Both the position numbers and the translations under genes were made by a program. Positions 61,461-64,000 of a stretch of DNA of 64,000 nt are shown piece by piece. Position 1 is the first letter of the stretch; every line of letters begins with the position of its first letter. This DNA comes from Tolypothrix carrinoi HA7290-LM1 (GTDB lineage Bacteria; Cyanobacteriota; Cyanobacteriia; Cyanobacteriales; Nostocaceae), in assembly GCA_019358935.1 (NCBI GenBank), contig JAHHIK010000011.1, positions 32,001-96,000 of the forward strand, read 5' to 3'. The notes below the pieces were generated by a model that saw only the letters and a program-made list of their open reading frames with translations, made no database searches and had not been told where the DNA came from.

Positions 61461-61922
61461 ATGGCATTAATACGTTGGCAACCTTTCCAAGAAATGGAAA
61501 CTCTGCGGCATCAAATGGATAAAATGTTTGATGAACTAGCAGGATATAACCGAGAAGTGACAAAAACTTGGTCCCCTGCGGTCGAATTGGAAGATACAAA
61601 CGACCAGCTAATTTTACGCGCTGAAGTTCCTGGTCTTGAAGGTAAAGACTTAGATATTCAAGTAGCGCGGGAAGCAGTTTCGATAGCGGGTGAAACTCGC
61701 TATGAAAACAAAGCCGAAGAACGCGGTTATTTGCGCTCAGAGTTCCGTTATGGTAAATTCCAACGGACAATCCCGCTACCTGCTGCAATTAAAAATGACC
61801 AAGTTCAAGCCGAATTCAAAAATGGCATTTTAACATTAACAATGCCTAAAGCCGAAGAAGCCAAAAACAAAGTAGTGAAAATTAACTTGGCAGATGACAA
61901 AACGGCGCTTCCTAGTTCATAA
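61461..61922 (+). CDS. hspA: small heat shock protein Hsp20
   Basis: AEVPG, SEFRYGKFQR.I.LP, A.FKNGILTLT.PK. Confidence 0.9.
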   Translation: MALIRWQPFQEMETLRHQMDKMFDELAGYNREVTKTWSPAVELEDTNDQLILRAEVPGLEGKDLDIQVAREAVSIAGETRYENKAEERGYLRSEFRYGKFQRTIPLPAAIKNDQVQAEFKNGILTLTMPKAEEAKNKVVKINLADDKTALPSS

Positions 61923-62039
61923 TTAGCTAAAACTGTGGAAGTTTGTTTAATTGCCATAGGTGAATAGTTTACTCTCACGCGATCGCCCTTTTATAGCAGT
62001 GCGATCGCGGTTATTTTTTCAAGTAAAACAATACCGATT

Positions 62040-62270
62040 TTATAAATCGTTTAAATCATCCTCGCTTTCATCAGCAGCAGCGTGAGGTAATATAGAGCGA
62101 TCGTCATCTGCGATTCGCGTGGGTACACCCAAATGCTTGCGAGCATCTTGCTCTGCAATATTACGGTCTTCATCGGTATCAAACTGTTGCTCATCCAGGA
62201 GATATTTGCTACGTGCTGCTTGATCTAGACTTGGAGCTTGACCATTCTTCCACTTATACTTAAAGTCCAT
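62040..62270 (-). CDS. hypothetical acidic protein
   Basis: 76-aa ORF with GAGG RBS. Confidence 0.6.
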   Translation of the reverse strand: MDFKYKWKNGQAPSLDQAARSKYLLDEQQFDTDEDRNIAEQDARKHLGVPTRIADDDRSILPHAAADESEDDLNDL

Positions 62271-62394
62271 AAATCAACCTCAACTAATCACTGGCATTTA
62301 ATCTCATCGCCTTTGTTGAGTACCTCTAACGCTAGATAGGTTGAGGAAATTATATTTACCATGATTTTGGGGGATGTTTGTAATTTGCCGCGTG

Positions 62395-62446
62395 AAAAAA
62401 GCGCGATCGCATTTGTTGAATTTGACTCATGCGATCGCGCTTTTTT
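62395..62446. terminator. bidirectional terminator-like hairpin with a HIP1 octamer in each arm
   Basis: AAAAAAGCGCGATCGCAT...ATGCGATCGCGCTTTTTT. Confidence 0.7.
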
Positions 62447-62492
62447 AACGTAATAACGACTTTAGTCGTTAAATTAAGCGTTAAAACGCTTA

Positions 62493-63398
62493 CTACAAGC
62501 CTAATTTCTCCAACACTGGCTTAGTAGAAACAATGTGCCTTTCTAAACCGAGTTCTTGCGGACTAACTCCTAACGCCAAAGCAATCAACTGCGGTAAATG
62601 CAACACCGGCAAACCTAATTTTTGCCCGATGACTTTTTCCACCTCAGGCTGACGAGAATCTAAATTCAAATGACACAACGGACAAGGTGTAACAATACAA
62701 TCAGCGCCTGATGTTAGTGCATCTTGAATATGCATCCCCGCCATTTTAAAAGATTGGGTAGTAGCATAACTCGAAAGAGGCCATCCGCAACATTGCGTCC
62801 GACCTCGATAATAAATTGGCGTTGCACCGATTGCCCGAAAAACATTTTCCATTGCTTCCGGTTGGAAAGGGTCATCATAAGGCATAGATTTTTGGGCACG
62901 GAGAAGATAGCAGCCATAAAAAGCCGCACATTTTAACCCACTCAACTTACGGGTGACTCGTTTTTGAATTTCCTCTATACCATAATCTGTTACCAAAGCA
63001 TACAGGAGATGTTTAACTTCAGTGCTTCCCCGATAAGGTGAACAGCTTTCTTTTTCCAAAAAGCCATTAACTTTGTCGATGTATTGGGGGTCAGTTTTTT
63101 GACATTCTTTCAAGCGCTCATCAACGTGACCAATCACGCCTTGACAAGTGCTGCAATGTGTGAGTAGCGGCAAATTTAATTCTTCTGCTAAAGCGATATT
63201 CCGGGCATTAACCGTATCTTCCAACAGTTGGGAATCTTCCTTAAAAGTGCCCGAACCGCAGCAAGCAGCCTTTTTCAATTCTACTAGTTCAATACCCAGA
63301 GCTTTAGTTAAAGCTTTGGTTGACAAGCTTAACTCGCGGCAAGCACCTTGGGCAACACAACCTGGAAAGTAAGCGTATTTTAGCGTCTGAGATAGCAT
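62493..63398 (-). CDS. CCG-domain heterodisulfide reductase B-like protein (probable succinate dehydrogenase anchor subunit)
   Basis: YFPGC, ACCG, CSTC, FYGC, QCCG, CPLCH motifs. Confidence 0.88.
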   Translation of the reverse strand: MLSQTLKYAYFPGCVAQGACRELSLSTKALTKALGIELVELKKAACCGSGTFKEDSQLLEDTVNARNIALAEELNLPLLTHCSTCQGVIGHVDERLKECQKTDPQYIDKVNGFLEKESCSPYRGSTEVKHLLYALVTDYGIEEIQKRVTRKLSGLKCAAFYGCYLLRAQKSMPYDDPFQPEAMENVFRAIGATPIYYRGRTQCCGWPLSSYATTQSFKMAGMHIQDALTSGADCIVTPCPLCHLNLDSRQPEVEKVIGQKLGLPVLHLPQLIALALGVSPQELGLERHIVSTKPVLEKLGL

Positions 63399-63731
63399 AA
63401 AAGTATATTTGAGTTAGGCAGTTGCCCTTAAACAATAACTGTTTTATCATTTCTTGTCCGTGATGCTGGCAAAGCTTTGTATCTAAATTGGGACATCGGC
63501 AAAAAATTTAGTCAGAATTGAATAAGGAAAGCATTTACATTCATCAGCGCGATCGCGCATCTTCAATTGGCGTTGCCCAACTGTTCTTTAATAGAAAATG
63601 GGTCAGGGATTTTCCTAAGAAAAACCCTAATCCTGTGTACGGGCGATCGCGGTTGACGATAAGATGTATATGCTCAAAACCACATCGCCCATAAAGGGCG
63701 GATCGTAGCAACTGGTTAAGGACTTTTATCT

Positions 63732-63986
63732 ATGAGTGAAGCGGAAATTTTTGAAAAGGTCAAGAAAATCGTCGCCGAGCAACTTAGCGTTACTGAGGCT
63801 GACACGATTAAACCACAATCCAATTTTGCCAACGATCTACAGGCTGATTCCTTAGATACAGTTGAACTGGTAATGGCTTTAGAAGAAGAATTTGATATTG
63901 AAATTCCCGATGAAGCCGCCGAAAAAATTACCACCGTTCAAGAAGCAGTAGACTACATCAACAACAAAGTTGCCGCATCCGCCTAA
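63732..63986 (+). CDS. acpP: acyl carrier protein
   Basis: [31 protein letters not shown]. Confidence 0.98.
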   Translation: MSEAEIFEKVKKIVAEQLSVTEADTIKPQSNFANDLQADSLDTVELVMALEEEFDIEIPDEAAEKITTVQEAVDYINNKVAASA

Positions 63987-64000
63987 AGACTGGGGACTGG

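Overview
Chromosomal segment of a filamentous, probably heterocyst-forming (Nostocales-type) cyanobacterium. The evidence is abundant HIP1 octamers (GCGATCGC), 7-9-nt short tandem repeats, chlL/chlN, an orange carotenoid protein and a PEP-CTERM protein. A housekeeping backbone (gpmI, secG, recO, deoC, rsfS, chlLN, clpB, lpxD, hsp20, acpP) is interrupted by accessory patches full of pseudogenes, toxin-antitoxin modules and miniature mobile repeats. The most striking locus is 14.8-20.1 kb. A tRNA-fMet gene is split by an ORF-less group I intron and followed immediately by a free-standing I-Ssp6803I-like PD-(D/E)XK homing endonuclease. Downstream lie two cargo cassettes, each bracketed by long direct repeats (241 bp and 88 bp) that duplicate the endonuclease 3' end and both ends of the neighbouring DUF697 gene. 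Other notable items: a foreign LdcA/AdiA-type decarboxylase whose in-frame ATG is followed directly by TGA; an ACP-like protein lacking the pantetheinylated serine; a toxin fused in frame to its antitoxin; inverted MITEs bracketing a glycan-modification cluster; HIP1-splitting mini-elements; and a rubredoxin missed by the ORF track. All calls are from motif recognition by eye; no database searches were run.
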